Of a stretch of DNA of 64,000 nucleotides, positions 1-12,889 are shown piece after piece. The notes under the pieces are model-generated. The model worked only from the letters and a program-made list of their open reading frames with translations, made no database searches and was not told the origin of the DNA. This stretch comes from Octopus sinensis (lineage: Eukaryota), in contig NC_043019.1 in NCBI RefSeq assembly GCF_006345805.1, forward strand, positions 12,151,360-12,215,359, in the 5' to 3' direction. A program made the position numbers and the translations under genes. Positions within the stretch are counted from its first letter, which is position 1; every line of letters starts with the position of its first letter.

Positions 1-577
1 CAGACAAAGGGATCAAGTCGTTTACATCGACCCCAGTACGTAACTGGTACTTAATTTATCGACGCCGAAAGGATGAAAGGCAAAGTCGACCTCGGCGGAA
101 TTTGAACTCAGAACGTAACGACAGACGAAATACGGCTACGCATTTCGCCCGGCGTGCTAACGTTTCTGCCAGCTCGCATCTATATGTCTATGTATCTATG
201 TACACACACATATATATATATACTTCCACATACACACACACATATGCATATATTTTTTCATACACACATACACACACACACACGCATATAGCTTCCATCT
301 ACCAGTATGCATCAACGTTAGTGCTGGATGCTTATATACCAGTATTCACAAATCTATAACTCACAAACTCCAGCTGTGCCTTCCAGAGATGGTATTAGGT
401 TTCACTTTTGCGTTCCTAAAACAGCTTTAATATCTAACCTTGATTTTTAAAGTATTTATGGCAAAAATGAAGACTCAGTAGAAGCTGTTTATGTGCAGTG
501 ATTAACGAATGTACTTTAGTGAGCCATACTGTCTACACGTATGAATGTGTATAGGGAGATGTATACATGTACGTGTC

Positions 578-806
578 TTTTACTCTTTACTCTTTTACTT
601 GTTTCAGTCATTTGACTGCGGCCATGCTGGAGCACCGCCTTTAGTCGAGCAAATCGACCCCGGGTACTTATTCTTTGTAAGCCCAGTACTTATTCTTTCG
701 GTCTCTTTTGCCAAACCGCTAAGTGACCGGGACGTAAACACACCAGCATCGGTTGTCAAGCAATGCTAGGGGGACAAACACTGACACACAAACATATACA
801 CACACA

Positions 807-843
<37 letters not shown>

Positions 844-1001
844 GACAGGCTTCTTTCAGTTTCCGTCTACCAAATCCACTCACAAGGCTTTGGTTGGCCC
901 GGGGCTATAGCAGAAGACACTTGCCCAAGATGCCACGCAGTGGGACTGAACCCGGAACCATGTGGTTGGTTAGCAAACTACTTACTACACAGCCACTCCT
1001 G
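578..1001 (-). mobile_element. tRNA-derived SINE family A (CORE-like centre, internal (TA)n/(CA)n), about 420 bp
   Basis: Head GCAGGAGTGGCTGTGTGGTAAG..GGTTCAGTCCC, centre CACCTTGGGCAAGTGTCTT, tail GACTGAAACAAGTAAAAGAG; recurs many times and generates most ORF-track hits. Confidence 0.85.
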
Positions 1002-1269
1002 GAGGCCCCACCTGAGCTAATCGTTGAGAGGACGTTGGTGTTGCCTTGGTGGAGGTTTGCACTCTCTGAGTGCTCTTGTTATAAAGGGGGTCAAGGGGAT
1101 TCATAGGTGAAAACTGGTTCAGAACCTCTGAATGAGTTGATATTTTTTGAATTTTTTTCAGAAAAAAACTTTTATTTTCAAGTGGGAAATTGTGTTTTCT
1201 TTTCCTTTAATGCAAAACTATCAAATTTAGCCTGAACACCCTACATCTATGTATGTGTATATATAGATA

Positions 1270-1678
1270 TACTCTTTTACTCTTTTACTTGTTTCAGTCA
1301 GTTGACTGCGGCCATGCTGGAGCACCGCCTTTAATCGAGCAACTCGACCCCAGGACTTATTCTTTTGTAAGCCCAGTACTTATTCTGTCGGTCTCTTTTG
1401 CCGAACCGCTAAGTAACGGGGACATAAACACACCAGCATCGGTTGTCAAGCAATGCTAGGGGGACAAACACAGACACACAAAGACACACACGCATATATA
1501 TATATACATATATGCGATGGGCTTCTTTCAGTTTCCGCCTACCGAATCGATTCACAAGGCTTTGGTCGGCCCGAGGCTATAGTAGAAGACACTTGCCCAA
1601 GGTGCCACACAGTGGGACTGAACCCGGAACCATGTGGTTAGGAAGCAAGCTTCTTACCACACAGCCACTCCTGCGCCT
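1270..1678 (-). mobile_element. SINE family A copy
   Basis: Same head, centre and tail as 578-1001. Confidence 0.85.
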
Positions 1679-2049
1679 ATGTATAAATATAATATACGTG
1701 TGTCTTTTTTATTTATAAATATAATTTTACACACTCACACACACACACACACACATAGTGTTGCTCTTGAACATGAAAAAGAAATGTCATATGTAGCTCT
1801 TGTGTGCAATACGGCAGGTATATTTGACCGCTCCAGCTTATACATCAGGTATACCTGTGTTATGCCAGCCTTTTGTGTACAACACTACAGGTGTATTTGA
1901 CCGCTCCTTCTTATGTGTTGTACAACTAGTAATATCTGTGCCATGTCAGTCTTTACAGCAATGTAGGGTGGTGTTGCATAGTCCTATATTTTGGTATGCA
2001 ATTTAAACAGGAGATAATTCTAGGTTACATAATAAAGACACTCACACAT

Positions 2050-2430
2050 ATCTAGCTCTCTGTCTGTCTGACTATGTACCCATCTATCTATCTATCCATC
2101 TATCCATCTGTCTGTCTACATATCTGTATGTCTGTCTATCTACCTGTCTGTCTATCTGTCTACCTATCCATCTATCTATTTATCTATCTGTCTGTCTGTC
2201 TATCTGTCACTCTGTCTATCTGTCAATCTAATCACTCTGTTTGTCTATCTGTCACTCTTTCTCTCTGTCTACCACTCTCTGTCTATCTGTCTACCTATCT
2301 GTCAACATGTCTTTCTACCTTTCTACATAGTTTTCTTTCTATATATCAATCTGTCTCTCTGTCTGCCCATATCTAGCTCTCTCTGTGTGTGTGTCTATCT
2401 GTCTATCCTTCTCCCTATCTACATATCTTT
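2050..2430. repeat. (TCTA/TCTG)n tract
   Basis: Visible. Confidence 0.9.
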
Positions 2431-2834
2431 CTATCTTATATGTGTTGCACATATGAGAATAAGTATTTTTGTTGAATCATTTATTGAAGAAAATTACCAA
2501 AAATTAAAACGGTTAAAATCGTTCTATGTAAAACAAAAATACTAAGAATAATCTGTGATGAATTACTGGTATTATACATCATCTACAAGTTTATACTTAA
2601 ATGAAAACTGAATAAGCAATGAATAAGAGATGCAGCACGGAATTTTGTCAGTGAACAGGTCGCGGTCTCAAAACGATAAAAATATTTTGACGAATTAAAT
2701 TTAAATGCTGAAGTGAATCTAACGGTTTTTGTGTGCTTCTTAAATGGCTTATAAACACATTCCACGCTGCAATTGTTTTCATTCCAGCACACGATCTCAG
2801 ATCAGGTCACTTGCTATGCAAGTACATCTTCGTA

Positions 2835-2873
<39 letters not shown>

Positions 2874-3339
2874 TATGAGATGCAGCACAAAGTTTTGCCA
2901 GTGAACAGGTCATGGTCTCAAAACGACGAAAATATTTTGACAAATTAAATTTAAATGTTGAAGTGAATCTAACGGTTTTTGTGTGTTTCTTAAATGGCTT
3001 ATAAACACCTTCCATGCTGCAATTGAATAAGCAAATTTTAAACTAAAGCTGTAATTTCTAAAAGCTAAAAGATTTACAGAAAGTAAAAATTAAAGAAATC
3101 AGCAAAAAGAAAATATATAAAAACAAAGTAGATAATATTTGTCATCATTCTTGTTTTAATGTTAGTTTTTCACGGATGGTTTGAGAAGGTTTGGTGAGCT
3201 ACAGGGCTGAATCGAGTTCCAGTGTCTGCTTCGGCATGGTTTGTAAGCTTCCTAAAATAAAATTTAAGTAAGCGAGACAAATCATTGTCTCAGAACATAC
3301 CTTTTGGGACATGGAGACTTGTTTGGAAATTGGAATGAA

Positions 3340-3915
3340 TCCTAGAAAACTAGAATGAATTCCGAGAAACTGGGAGGATTTCTGGAAAACTGGAGTGTAT
3401 GCTGAAAAACTAGGATTATTCCTGGAAAAGTGGGACAATTCCTGGAAAATGGGATGAATTCTGGAAAAAGGGACAAATCTTGGCAAATTGGAGTGAATCT
3501 TAAAAAACTGGGATGATTCACAGAAAATGGGATGAATTCTGGAAAAGCGGAACAATTCCTGGAAAACTGATGATTCCTGGAAAATGGGATGAATTCTGGA
3601 AAAGGGACAAATCTTGGCAAATTGGAGTGAATCTTAAAAAAACTGGGATGATTCACAGAAAATGGGATGAATTCTGGAAAAGCGGAACAATTCCTGGAAA
3701 ACTGATGATTCCTGGAAAATGGGATGAATTCTGGAAAAGGGACAAATCTTGGCAAATTGGAGTGAATCTTAAAAAAACTGGGATGATTCACAGAAAATGG
3801 GATGAATTCTGGAAAAGTGGGACAATTCCTGGAAAAAAGGGACAAATCTTGGCAAATTGAAGTGAATTTCAAAAAACTGGGATGATTCACACAAAATGGG
3901 ATGAATTCCAGAAGA
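3340..3915. repeat. Minisatellite, about 134-135-bp units built from CTGGAAAA/TGGGATGAATT subunits
   Basis: GGACAAATCT at 3471, 3605, 3740 and 3840. Confidence 0.9.
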
Positions 3916-4122
3916 CTGGGAGAAGCCCCAGAAAACCAAGACGAATCTTTCAAAGCTGAGGTGCATCCCTGGATATTAAAATGCCTGTATCACTAATGAC
4001 AGAGTCAATGACTCACTTTGTTTTTCTTTGTCCTCTCCTTTTCTTTTTTTCCTCTTCAGAATGGAGTCAACTCTGAGATTAAGAAATGTCTAACTGCTTT
4101 GTTTTTTTCTTGTCTGTTTCAG

Positions 4123-4193
4123 TAAAGGCTACGTTACCCTTATTTACTGTGATTCTATCTCGTATTCTGCTGGGGGTGAAGCAAACCATGTAT
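4123..4193 (+). CDS. SLC35E1: SLC35E1-like exon, 71 nt, phase 1 to 0
   Basis: Acceptor ttgtctgtttcag, donor gtaagt; encodes (V)[23 protein letters not shown]. Confidence 0.85.
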
Positions 4194-7100
4194 GTAAGTA
4201 TACCGCCATTGTTGTTGTTATTGTTGCTGTTGATAGATATATATCTATCTGTCTGTCTGGCTGGCTGGCGGCTGTCTGCCTGCCTGTGTGTGTCCCCACT
4301 TTCACTATCTCCATCCACTACAAACGTACCAACTCCCACTCAAACCTCAACTTCTCCTCCTCCCACCCTACCCACACCAAGCTCTCCATCCCCCTACTCT
4401 CAATTCCTCTGTCTGCACAGGCTCTGCAGTGACAACTATGACTTTGAGACTCAGTCTCAACTCATGGCCCGCCACTTCATCCCTCATGGATATCCCCTCA
4501 CCATTATTCACACCGCCCTTGCCAGAGCATGTTCTGTGGACTGTGCCTCAGTTCTCTCTCTTCGCACTCACTCTGCTGTTGCCTGTCTCCCATTTCTCCT
4601 CACCTACACACACACACACATGCACACATCCACACATCAAAGTCACCAGCCCCTATCCACACCCACACACTCTCACATACACACATGCATGCACACCTTC
4701 GTTTTTGGATCACCAGTACTTTATTATCTCCCCTTCTTCCTAGCTCTCCTGTCCAACTACCTTTCTCCAATCAGTCACCATGATTGACTACTAAATCCAC
4801 AAGTCTTTTTTTATTCTCTCTATGTTTATTTCCTTGTGTTCCTTTCTGTTGAAGAGCATAGGCTCAAAACGTAAAAGACTTTCTCACCTTCCTGAGCGTC
4901 AAACTAATACACCTGCGTGTTGTTTACACACCTGTCTTTGACTTTTGTTTTTCTGTAAATTTCAACTCCTGTAAATCCTCAAGTATAATCCGCATTTTCT
5001 CCCCAAAATTTAAAGGTCAAAATCCCTAGTGTGTACTATATATGAGGTTAAAGATGAAAAATATTTCTAAGCAATGTCCAAGTCTCTATTTGCTGTCCGG
5101 CAATGTTTATTCAGACGCATTTTGTGATGTCGGGCGCAAAAATACCTAAAGCTAAGCCTGAAAGCAATGAAGTCATAAAAGAATCATCCATAACTTGCAG
5201 TAAGCAACATTTATTAAAATATAAGTATTCAGAACACAGAATAACATGTAACAAAAACAATTTGCAAACATATTTACATTCCCATATAACAGTTAAGAAC
5301 ATCACCATTATTGTATTATGCATGCGCGGAAGTGTTTGTTTGACTAGGTGCTGCTGGCTTAATTACGCACGACTCAAGTTAGAGAAGGGGTGTGTATTAT
5401 ACACATGGTTTAGGTTTTTCAGAGGTACAACCCACTAAAAATCCCCTGCGTATTATACTCAAGGGCGGACTATACTCAAGGATTTACAGTATATACACAC
5501 ACACACTCTTTTATTAAAGCTGCAAAAATCTTGCTAAGCTGTTACTCAATTTCAAGTTCATGTTTGTTGGACAATATTCATCACAACTGCCTGACAAATA
5601 GGAATGTGAAGCTCTGAGTAACAGTTTGTGAAGATTTTGGCAGCTTTAATAAAAGCATATTACTTTACCTTCGGTAGTCGAGTACTATTTTTTTCCTACC
5701 TTGTTTTGCATTTATGTGCTTACTCTGGCACAGGTGTAGCTCTGAAGTAAGAAGTTTGCTTCCCAACCACATGGTTCAGAGTTCAGCCTCCACCTCCCCT
5801 TTTTCATCTTCTCAGGGTGGTATTACAGTGAAAGGAATTTACTCCCAGTAAAACGTACTTGCAGGGTCAAAGGGTTAGGCTCCATGTTATACATGGCGGC
5901 GAGCTGGCAGAAACGTTAGCACACCGGGCGAAATGCGTAGCCGTATTTCGTCCACCGTTACATTCTGAGTTCAAATTCCGCCGAGGTCGACTTTGCCTTT
6001 CATCCTTTCTAGGTTGATTAAATAAGTACCAGTTACGCACTGGGGTCGATATAATCGACTTGATCCGTTTGTTTGTCCTTGTTTGTCCTCTCTGTGTTTA
6101 GCCCTTTGTGGGTAGTAAAGAAATAGTTATACATGGACAGCCCCCCACCCACCCCAATCTCATCCTCATTCTTACTCTGCAGATTCACTCTCTCCTTTTC
6201 TTTTTTCTCCACAGATCTATGTGTCGTTGTTACCCATTATCGGAGGAGTAGTCATCGCCACGGTAACGGAACTCTCTTTCGATATTATTGGCCTTTTCAG
6301 TGCCCTCTTCTCCACCATGGGGTTTTCTCTCATGACAATCTTCTCCAAGAAGGTCAGTATACAAACAAGTCTGTTTCCTTAAAACACACCAAATGTCTTG
6401 AAGGGTTCATGGCAGTTGGTGATGGTGGTGGGAGTGGTGGTGATGATGGTGGTGGTGATAGTGGGAGTGGTAGTGACACTGCTCCTTGTGTTGGGTTCTG
6501 TAATGTGGAAGTTGATGTCTGTGAGCGTCTCTATGTGTGAATATGTGTGTAAATCTCTGTGTGTGTGTGTATGAGAGTGGGTGTGTGAATTTGTGTGTGT
6601 GTGTGTGTGTGTGAGTGTGCATGTCTGTGTGTCTGAGTGAGTGAGTGTGTGTGTTAGTGGGTGGATGTGAGTGTGAATGTCTGTGTGTATGAGTGAGTGT
6701 CCATGTGTGAGTGTATGTGAATGCGTATGTGAGTGTCTGAGTGTGTGTGTGTAAATGCGTGTGTGAGTGTCTGAGTGTGAATGTGTGTGTGAGTGAGTGT
6801 GTTTGTGTGTGAGTGTCCTTGTGTGTGAAAGTCTGTATGTGCATCTCTGTGTGTGTGAGTGATCGCTTGTCTGTGAGTGTGATAGCTTGTGCATGAGTGG
6901 AGTGTATGTGTGTGTGAGTGTGAATGTCTGAGCGTGTGTTTCTGTGTGTGTGATTCTCCATGTGAATGTGTGAGTGTGTATACTGGTGTGTTTGTGTGTG
7001 TGTGTGAGAGAGGATCTGTTACTCTGTGTGTCTCAGTGTGTCTGTACATGTGTGTGTGTGAACGTTCAGTGTGAGCTAACGATGAAATAGTTTTAAAATG

Positions 7101-7675
7101 GGTAATTATGATACAGGATTGCATTTTCCTTGCTTCTTTCTTATGTATTATCATTTAATTCCTTAATAAAGCACCTGCCAAGAGTCATTATTTAATCATA
7201 TGGCTAATTAGATGTGGGTATTTCAGAGAGGGAATAAAACCTCCTCCGTACCCATATGTATATATACACTCACATGCACACACACATACACACGCACATA
7301 TGTACAGACACCTACATATATATACATACAAACACACATATATAATATAACATATATATATATATATAATTTCAACAATATTAAGGAATGGCCCTGATAG
7401 GCCATTCGACTCACCAGAAAGAGCAGCCAAACTCAAACCGCTAAATAGTAGTAATTCAGAAATCAAAGGAAAATTAAAAAAACATTTACCCTAATCATCT
7501 TTGGACAATGCATTGTTTCGACGTACCTTATGGCAAACCAGCCTAATTAAATTAAATTAAATTTAATCAAGTCAATTTACCAAAGGCTCGTCTCATCGGC
7601 AAAGAAGCCAGGAGGAATAAATGACCGCTGGTGGCGAAAAAAATTTCTATTGAATTTTTTGCTACTCTTATATTG

Positions 7676-7741
<66 letters not shown>

Positions 7742-8122
7742 ATATATATACATGTATAATATATATATATTATACATGCATATATTATATATGTTAAATA
7801 ACATATATATATAGCAGTTCAGCAAAAGAGGCTGATGGAATGTATACCAGGCTTAAAAAAAAAAAAGGACTGGGGTCAATTTGTTTCACTAAAAATTTTT
7901 CAAGGCAGTGCCTTTTCTTGGCTACTGCCTAAGAACTGAAAGAAATAAAAAAAGAAGGAAAAGGGGGGGGGGATGAGTATGTTAACAAGCTTACCAACCA
8001 CATGGTTCCGGGTTCAGTCCCACTGCGTGGCATCTTGGGCAAGTGTCTTCTGCTATAGCCCCGGGCCGACCAAAGCCTTGTGAGTGGATTTGGTAGACGG
8101 AAACTGAAAGAAGCCTGTCGTA

Positions 8123-8173
<51 letters not shown>

Positions 8174-9688
8174 GTCTGTGTTTGTCCCCCCTAGCATTGC
8201 TTGACAACCGATGCTGGTGTGTTTACGTCCCTGTCACTTAGCGGTTTGGCAAAAAAGAGACCGATAGAATAAGTACTGGGCTTATAAAAGAATAAGTCCC
8301 GGGGTCGATTTGCTCGACTAAAGGCGGTGCTCCAGCATGGCCGCAGTCAAATGACTGAAACAAGTAAAAGAGTAAAGAGTAAAAGAGTAAACCAAAAATA
8401 AATCTTTCAAGTAATCTTTTAAGATTTATGTTATTTTTTCTGGCCCTCAATGAAGAGAAATAACCCAGAAATCGCGATACACAGATATTGTTCTGAGCTG
8501 AGTGGGGATACTAAATGCCCTTGTTCGAAAATATAAAGACACAGATTGTGTTGTACAGCCAGCTGGAGACAATGTCTCCTGGGGCTAAATTACAGCAACA
8601 TTCATCCTAAACCAGGACTTCCATGTTATGTTGGCAAATAACCTTTACTCTAGAGTACTCTTGTTTACAAATAGTAATTTTCCACCTTGACGACTTGTTT
8701 TCTTACTCATCATTGTCATGCTACGCTTGACTAGGTTCAACATACTTTACATTTTATTACACTTCACTTGGATCAACATACTTTACATTTTGACCTCCTT
8801 CACCCATTTCTTTTATGACTTCTTAATTTGCTATTATTTGCTTTGTAAATGTTAAAACGTTTTGCCTGTTAAACAAATATACTTCCTCTTAGAGTAGTAA
8901 TATTATCCGGTTTAGCTGCACTTTCTAGCAAAACCTTAAACTTCCTCCAGATTGTTTCTCTCCCTTGATTCAACACATTGTATGCATACTCTTTTACTTG
9001 TTTCAGTCATTTGACTGCGGCCATGCTGGAGCACCGCCTTTAGTCGAGCAAATCGACCCCGGGACTTATTCTTTGTAAGCCCAGTACTTATTCTATCAGT
9101 CTCTTTTGCCGAACCGCTAAGTGACAGGGACGTAAACACACCAGCATCGGTTGTCAAGCAATGCTAGGGGGACAAATACAGACACACAAACATATACACA
9201 CACATACACATATATATATATTTATGATCAATGGTGATTCCAATCAACATTTAGGAATTAATTCCTTTTTTTGTTTTTAATTAACTGACTTTGACACTTT
9301 GGGTAGATGTTTTTTTACTATAGAAAATAAGAAAGCTAATGAAAGATTCACCGTGAGTCAAGCTCCCAATTCAAATTCACAATAAAGGAATTGGATGTTG
9401 AGTCAGGGGAAGCCATGAAAACTGCGATAAAGGAAAATATATATATATTATATATAATATATATTGTTGTTGTTGGCACTCCGTCGCTTATGACGACGGG
9501 GGTTCCAGTTGATCTGATCAACAGAACAGCCTGAAATGAGTATGTTAAGGTTACCAACCACATGGTTCTGGGTTCAGTCACACTGCGTGGCACCTTGGGC
9601 AAGTGTCTTCTACTATAGCCTCAGGCTGACCAAAGCCTTGTGAGTGGATTTGGTAGACAGAAACTGAAAGAAGCCTGTCGTATATATG

Positions 9689-9719
<31 letters not shown>

Positions 9720-10903
9720 ACATGTTTGTGTGTCTGTGTTTGTCCCCCCAACATCGCTTGACAACTGATGCTGGTGTGTTTACGTCCCCGTAACTTAGCG
9801 GTTCGGCAAAAGAGACTGATAGAATAAGTACTAGGCTTACGAAGAATAAGTCCCGGGCTCGATTTACTTGACTATAAATACAGAAAGAGAGAGAGTCCTG
9901 GGGCCAATTTGTTTGACTAAAAATCCTTTAAGGTAGTGCTCCAGCATGGCCGCAGTCAAATGACACAAACAAATAAAAAAATAAAAGAATAACAGTCTTT
10001 CTTACATTTCTACTTTTCTCTGACGTATTTCTAACACGCCTATCGCTACCGACTGACATCACAGAATGAAAGGCTATTGTGAAATGCGAAAGACATACAA
10101 AGGAGTTGATAGGATCTCGTATAACTGGATATAAAATAGTCTGTGTGAAATGATATGTCTTCTACTATGTGAACTAAGTTTGTTTGAAGTAGCATTGTAC
10201 TTAGCAGAGCTGGAGACTGCCATGTTCGTGTAAAGGACTTGTCTGTCCATCAGCGTACCTACCTGATTTCTTTCATTGATCCATCAAACGAGTCTCTTTA
10301 TGTGTCAACTAGTTGTGTAACTTATGAAGGGGTGCTGGAAAGTTCTTGGCTTTGGTCTAAAAGAAAATAGAGGAGGATCAGTTAATTATGATTTTATTAA
10401 ACGTATTCCCCTTAATTGAATGCCACACATCCATTTCCAAGTAAGTTTATCTTAACCTTTTTGATGCAACTCTATTCTGTTTTCTCCCCCCATCCTTCTC
10501 TAATTCCCTTTTTTCTCCCCTTCACCATTTTATATGTCTCTCTCTCTCTTTCTCCTCTTTCTCTTTTTCTCTCTCTCATTGCTCACACATGACCATCGTC
10601 CATCTTTCTTTTCCTCACCTGTTTTTGTCTCTTCATGTTGTTTTATGTAAGCCCTTGTGGCCAGTAAAAGAATTCATTGTTATTATTATTATCATTATTA
10701 ATATTATTATTATTATTACCATTATTATTATTATAATTATTATTATTATTGTTATTTTTATTAATATTTTGCAGTGTTTAAAAGATACAGGTATGCATCA
10801 CATGAGATTACTAGTGATGCTAGCTCGCTGGTCTGCCCTGTGTTTCTTCCCCATCTGGTTTACGTACGATGTCAGGAGAATACTCATTAATCTAGATACT
10901 GTA
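4123..10903 (+). CDS. SLC35E1: SLC35E1-like solute carrier (TPT/nucleotide-sugar transporter family), partial: join(4123-4193, 6215-6352, 10775-10903); exon 1 and the 3' exons not found
   Basis: Spliced frame reads (V)[23 protein letters not shown] / [46 protein letters not shown] / [43 protein letters not shown]. This matches recalled SLC35E1 motifs (VKATMP, VTELSF, FSKK, HHLRLL). All introns are GT-AG with compatible phases. Confidence 0.85.
4310..4605 (+). mobile_element. Penelope-like element RT C-terminal fragment (frameshifted)
   Basis: [28 protein letters not shown], +1 shift at about 4391, then [13 protein letters not shown]...GYPLTII...LPFLLTY, matching the PLE pattern YK.T.SH.YL..SS.HP...K.SIP.SQF.RL.R.CS. 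Confidence 0.8.
4780..4965 (+). mobile_element. Penelope-type terminal repeat (pLTR-like)
   Basis: Follows the PLE RT fragment; homologous reverse copy near 29095-29330; carries the hammerhead-like motif. Confidence 0.6.
4969..5489. mobile_element. Tc1/pogo-like MITE
   Basis: Imperfect TIR CTGTAAATCCTCAAGTATAATCCGC / GCGGACTATACTCAAGGATTTACAG, TA on the right. Confidence 0.65.
5897..6125 (+). mobile_element. tRNA-derived SINE family B, about 230 bp, 11-bp TSD
   Basis: A-box-like TGGCAGAAACGTTAGC, B-box-like GAGTTCAAATTCC, centre GACTTTGCCTTTCATCCTTT, tail GTAGTAAAGAAATAG; TSD GTTATACATGG at 5886-5896 and 6126-6136. Confidence 0.88.
6215..6352 (+). CDS. SLC35E1: SLC35E1-like exon, 138 nt, phase 0 to 0
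   Basis: Acceptor ttttttctccacag, donor gtcagt; 46 codons containing VTELSF and ending FSKK. Confidence 0.9.
6520..7075. repeat. Degenerate (TG)n/(TGAG)n tract
   Basis: Visible; explains the His/Thr and Val/Cys ORFs. Confidence 0.95.
7975..8390 (+). mobile_element. SINE family A copy (altered 5' end)
   Basis: Family A body; further copies near 8985-9200 (-) and 9545-9990 (+). Confidence 0.8.
10775..10903 (+). CDS. SLC35E1: SLC35E1-like exon, 129 nt, phase 0 to 0
   Basis: Acceptor attttgcag after an (ATT)n tract, donor gtaagt; encodes [13 protein letters not shown]...NLDTV. Confidence 0.85.
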
Positions 10904-11039
10904 GTAAGTGGTCACTCTTTTATGCTTTGATCTGTTTCGCTCATCAGGTCGTGGTCAAGCTGGAGCACTGTGGCTCCCCACTTGGAATGTTGTTAGGTGA
11001 AGAGATTATTCTCGGTAGTACTTGTTTTAAATGTGTTAT

Positions 11040-11500
11040 ACACATATGCATACACAAACACACACAAATACAAACATGCACACACACCCACAAACACACA
11101 CATAGAAGCACAAACGCACACACACACCAACACAAACACACACACAAACACAAACACACATTCAAACGTGCACACACCCACACCCACACATCACACAAAC
11201 ACAGAAGCACAACAAACGCACACACACACCAACACAAACACACACAGAAGCACAAACGCACACACACACACATGCATGCACAAACACATACACACATGCA
11301 CACAAACACAAACATACACATACAAACGTGCACACACACACACACATACAAGCACACTCACCAACACAAACACACACACACACACAAACACGTATCAACA
11401 CACACACACACACCACCACACAAACACACACACACACACAAACACGTATCAACACACACACACACACCAACACAAACACACACACACACACAAACACGTA

Positions 11501-11541
<41 letters not shown>

Positions 11542-11650
11542 CGTACCAACACACACACACACACAAACACGTACCACACACACACACACACAAACACGTA
11601 CCAACACACACACACACACCAACACAAACACACACGTGCGCATACAAATA
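11040..11650. repeat. Degenerate (CA)n tract with higher-order AAACACGTA units
   Basis: Visible. Confidence 0.95.
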
Positions 11651-12889
11651 CATGATGGTGATGTGTGAAAGGCACCTGTGGCTGTGGCACGTAAAAGGCT
11701 CCCTTGATGGTGACATGAAAAAGTATCTACTACACCCTCGGAGTGGTTGGCATTAAGAAAGGCACCCAGCTGTAGAAATCGAGCCAAAATCAGACAGGAT
11801 CTTGGTGCAGCTCTCCGGCTTCCCAGTTCCAGTCAAACCATTTAACCCAGTGTTTCTCAACCAGGATTCCCTGGAACCCTAGGTGTTCCACAAAAGGTTC
11901 ATAGGGGTTCTGCGAAAAAGCCTTAGATAAGCTGATGCTAATTTCATGATCGTAATATTCCTATACATGCACAACATATTGGTTATTAATAGTTATTGCC
12001 ATACTTCTATGGCAGTCTTATAAATATAAGACTAAAGCTGTCGCTGATTAGCTCCAAGAGGCCACTGCCTCAAGCTAGCTATTTGACACACAACCTGCGT
12101 CCATTATAAACCTTCGAACAGCTTTAGTCTTATATTTATAAGACTGCCATATAAGTATGGCAATAACTATTAATTTCCAGTAACGCTGCCGTAATCTCCT
12201 TTAGAGAGACTTAGTAATTTTAATATTTCTAATATTGGTTATGGTAATATTATAATAGAGACATCATCTTATCTAACCTATTATGTTATCAAAAAAATAT
12301 AACCACCATTGGGGATATATTTAGTGATGTCTGTAGTTTATGGACAGCCTGTATTTTCTTCTGTATTTTTACAAAAATACCTAATAACCCAATGTGGTGG
12401 TTTTTGAAGAGGAAATATTTAGTAAATTCGGATGAGGCTAGTGATGAAGAGACACAAGCTCCTGTGCAGGGGTTTCTTGAGATGTGTAATTTATTTTAAG
12501 GGTTACGCAATCTTGATACTCATCTCTATTGGTAATCAGGATGGAATTGTGGGGATTGCTGCATTGTCCTGGTGCAGGGGTTTTGGTTTTTATGACACAA
12601 TCTCTTCCCAAATTCCTTTAAAACTTCCTGTCAAACTGTCCACCCCGTGCCAGCATGGAAAACGGATGCTAAATGATGAGGATAATGTTAGCTGGCTGTT
12701 GTTTAGTCCTGAGTTAAACGAGTTATGTCAACCTCGATCCAACGGATCATCTTTTTAAAACTTTAGCATTCACATTATTCTCTCAAAGTAATACTTATTT
12801 ATTCACGATCATCTCCTTCATCATCATCATCATTTAATGTCCATTTTCCATGCTGGCATGGGGTGGACGGTTTGACAGGAAGTTTTAAA

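Noticed and set aside
545-1718. Recurrent ORFs such as [11 protein letters not shown] and [17 protein letters not shown]
   Set aside because: Translations of SINE A copies, repeated across the window with random stops
6379-7154. Long His/Thr- or Val/Cys-rich ORFs (also 10927-11787 and 17870-18946)
   Set aside because: Translations of (CA)n, (TG)n and (TA)n microsatellites
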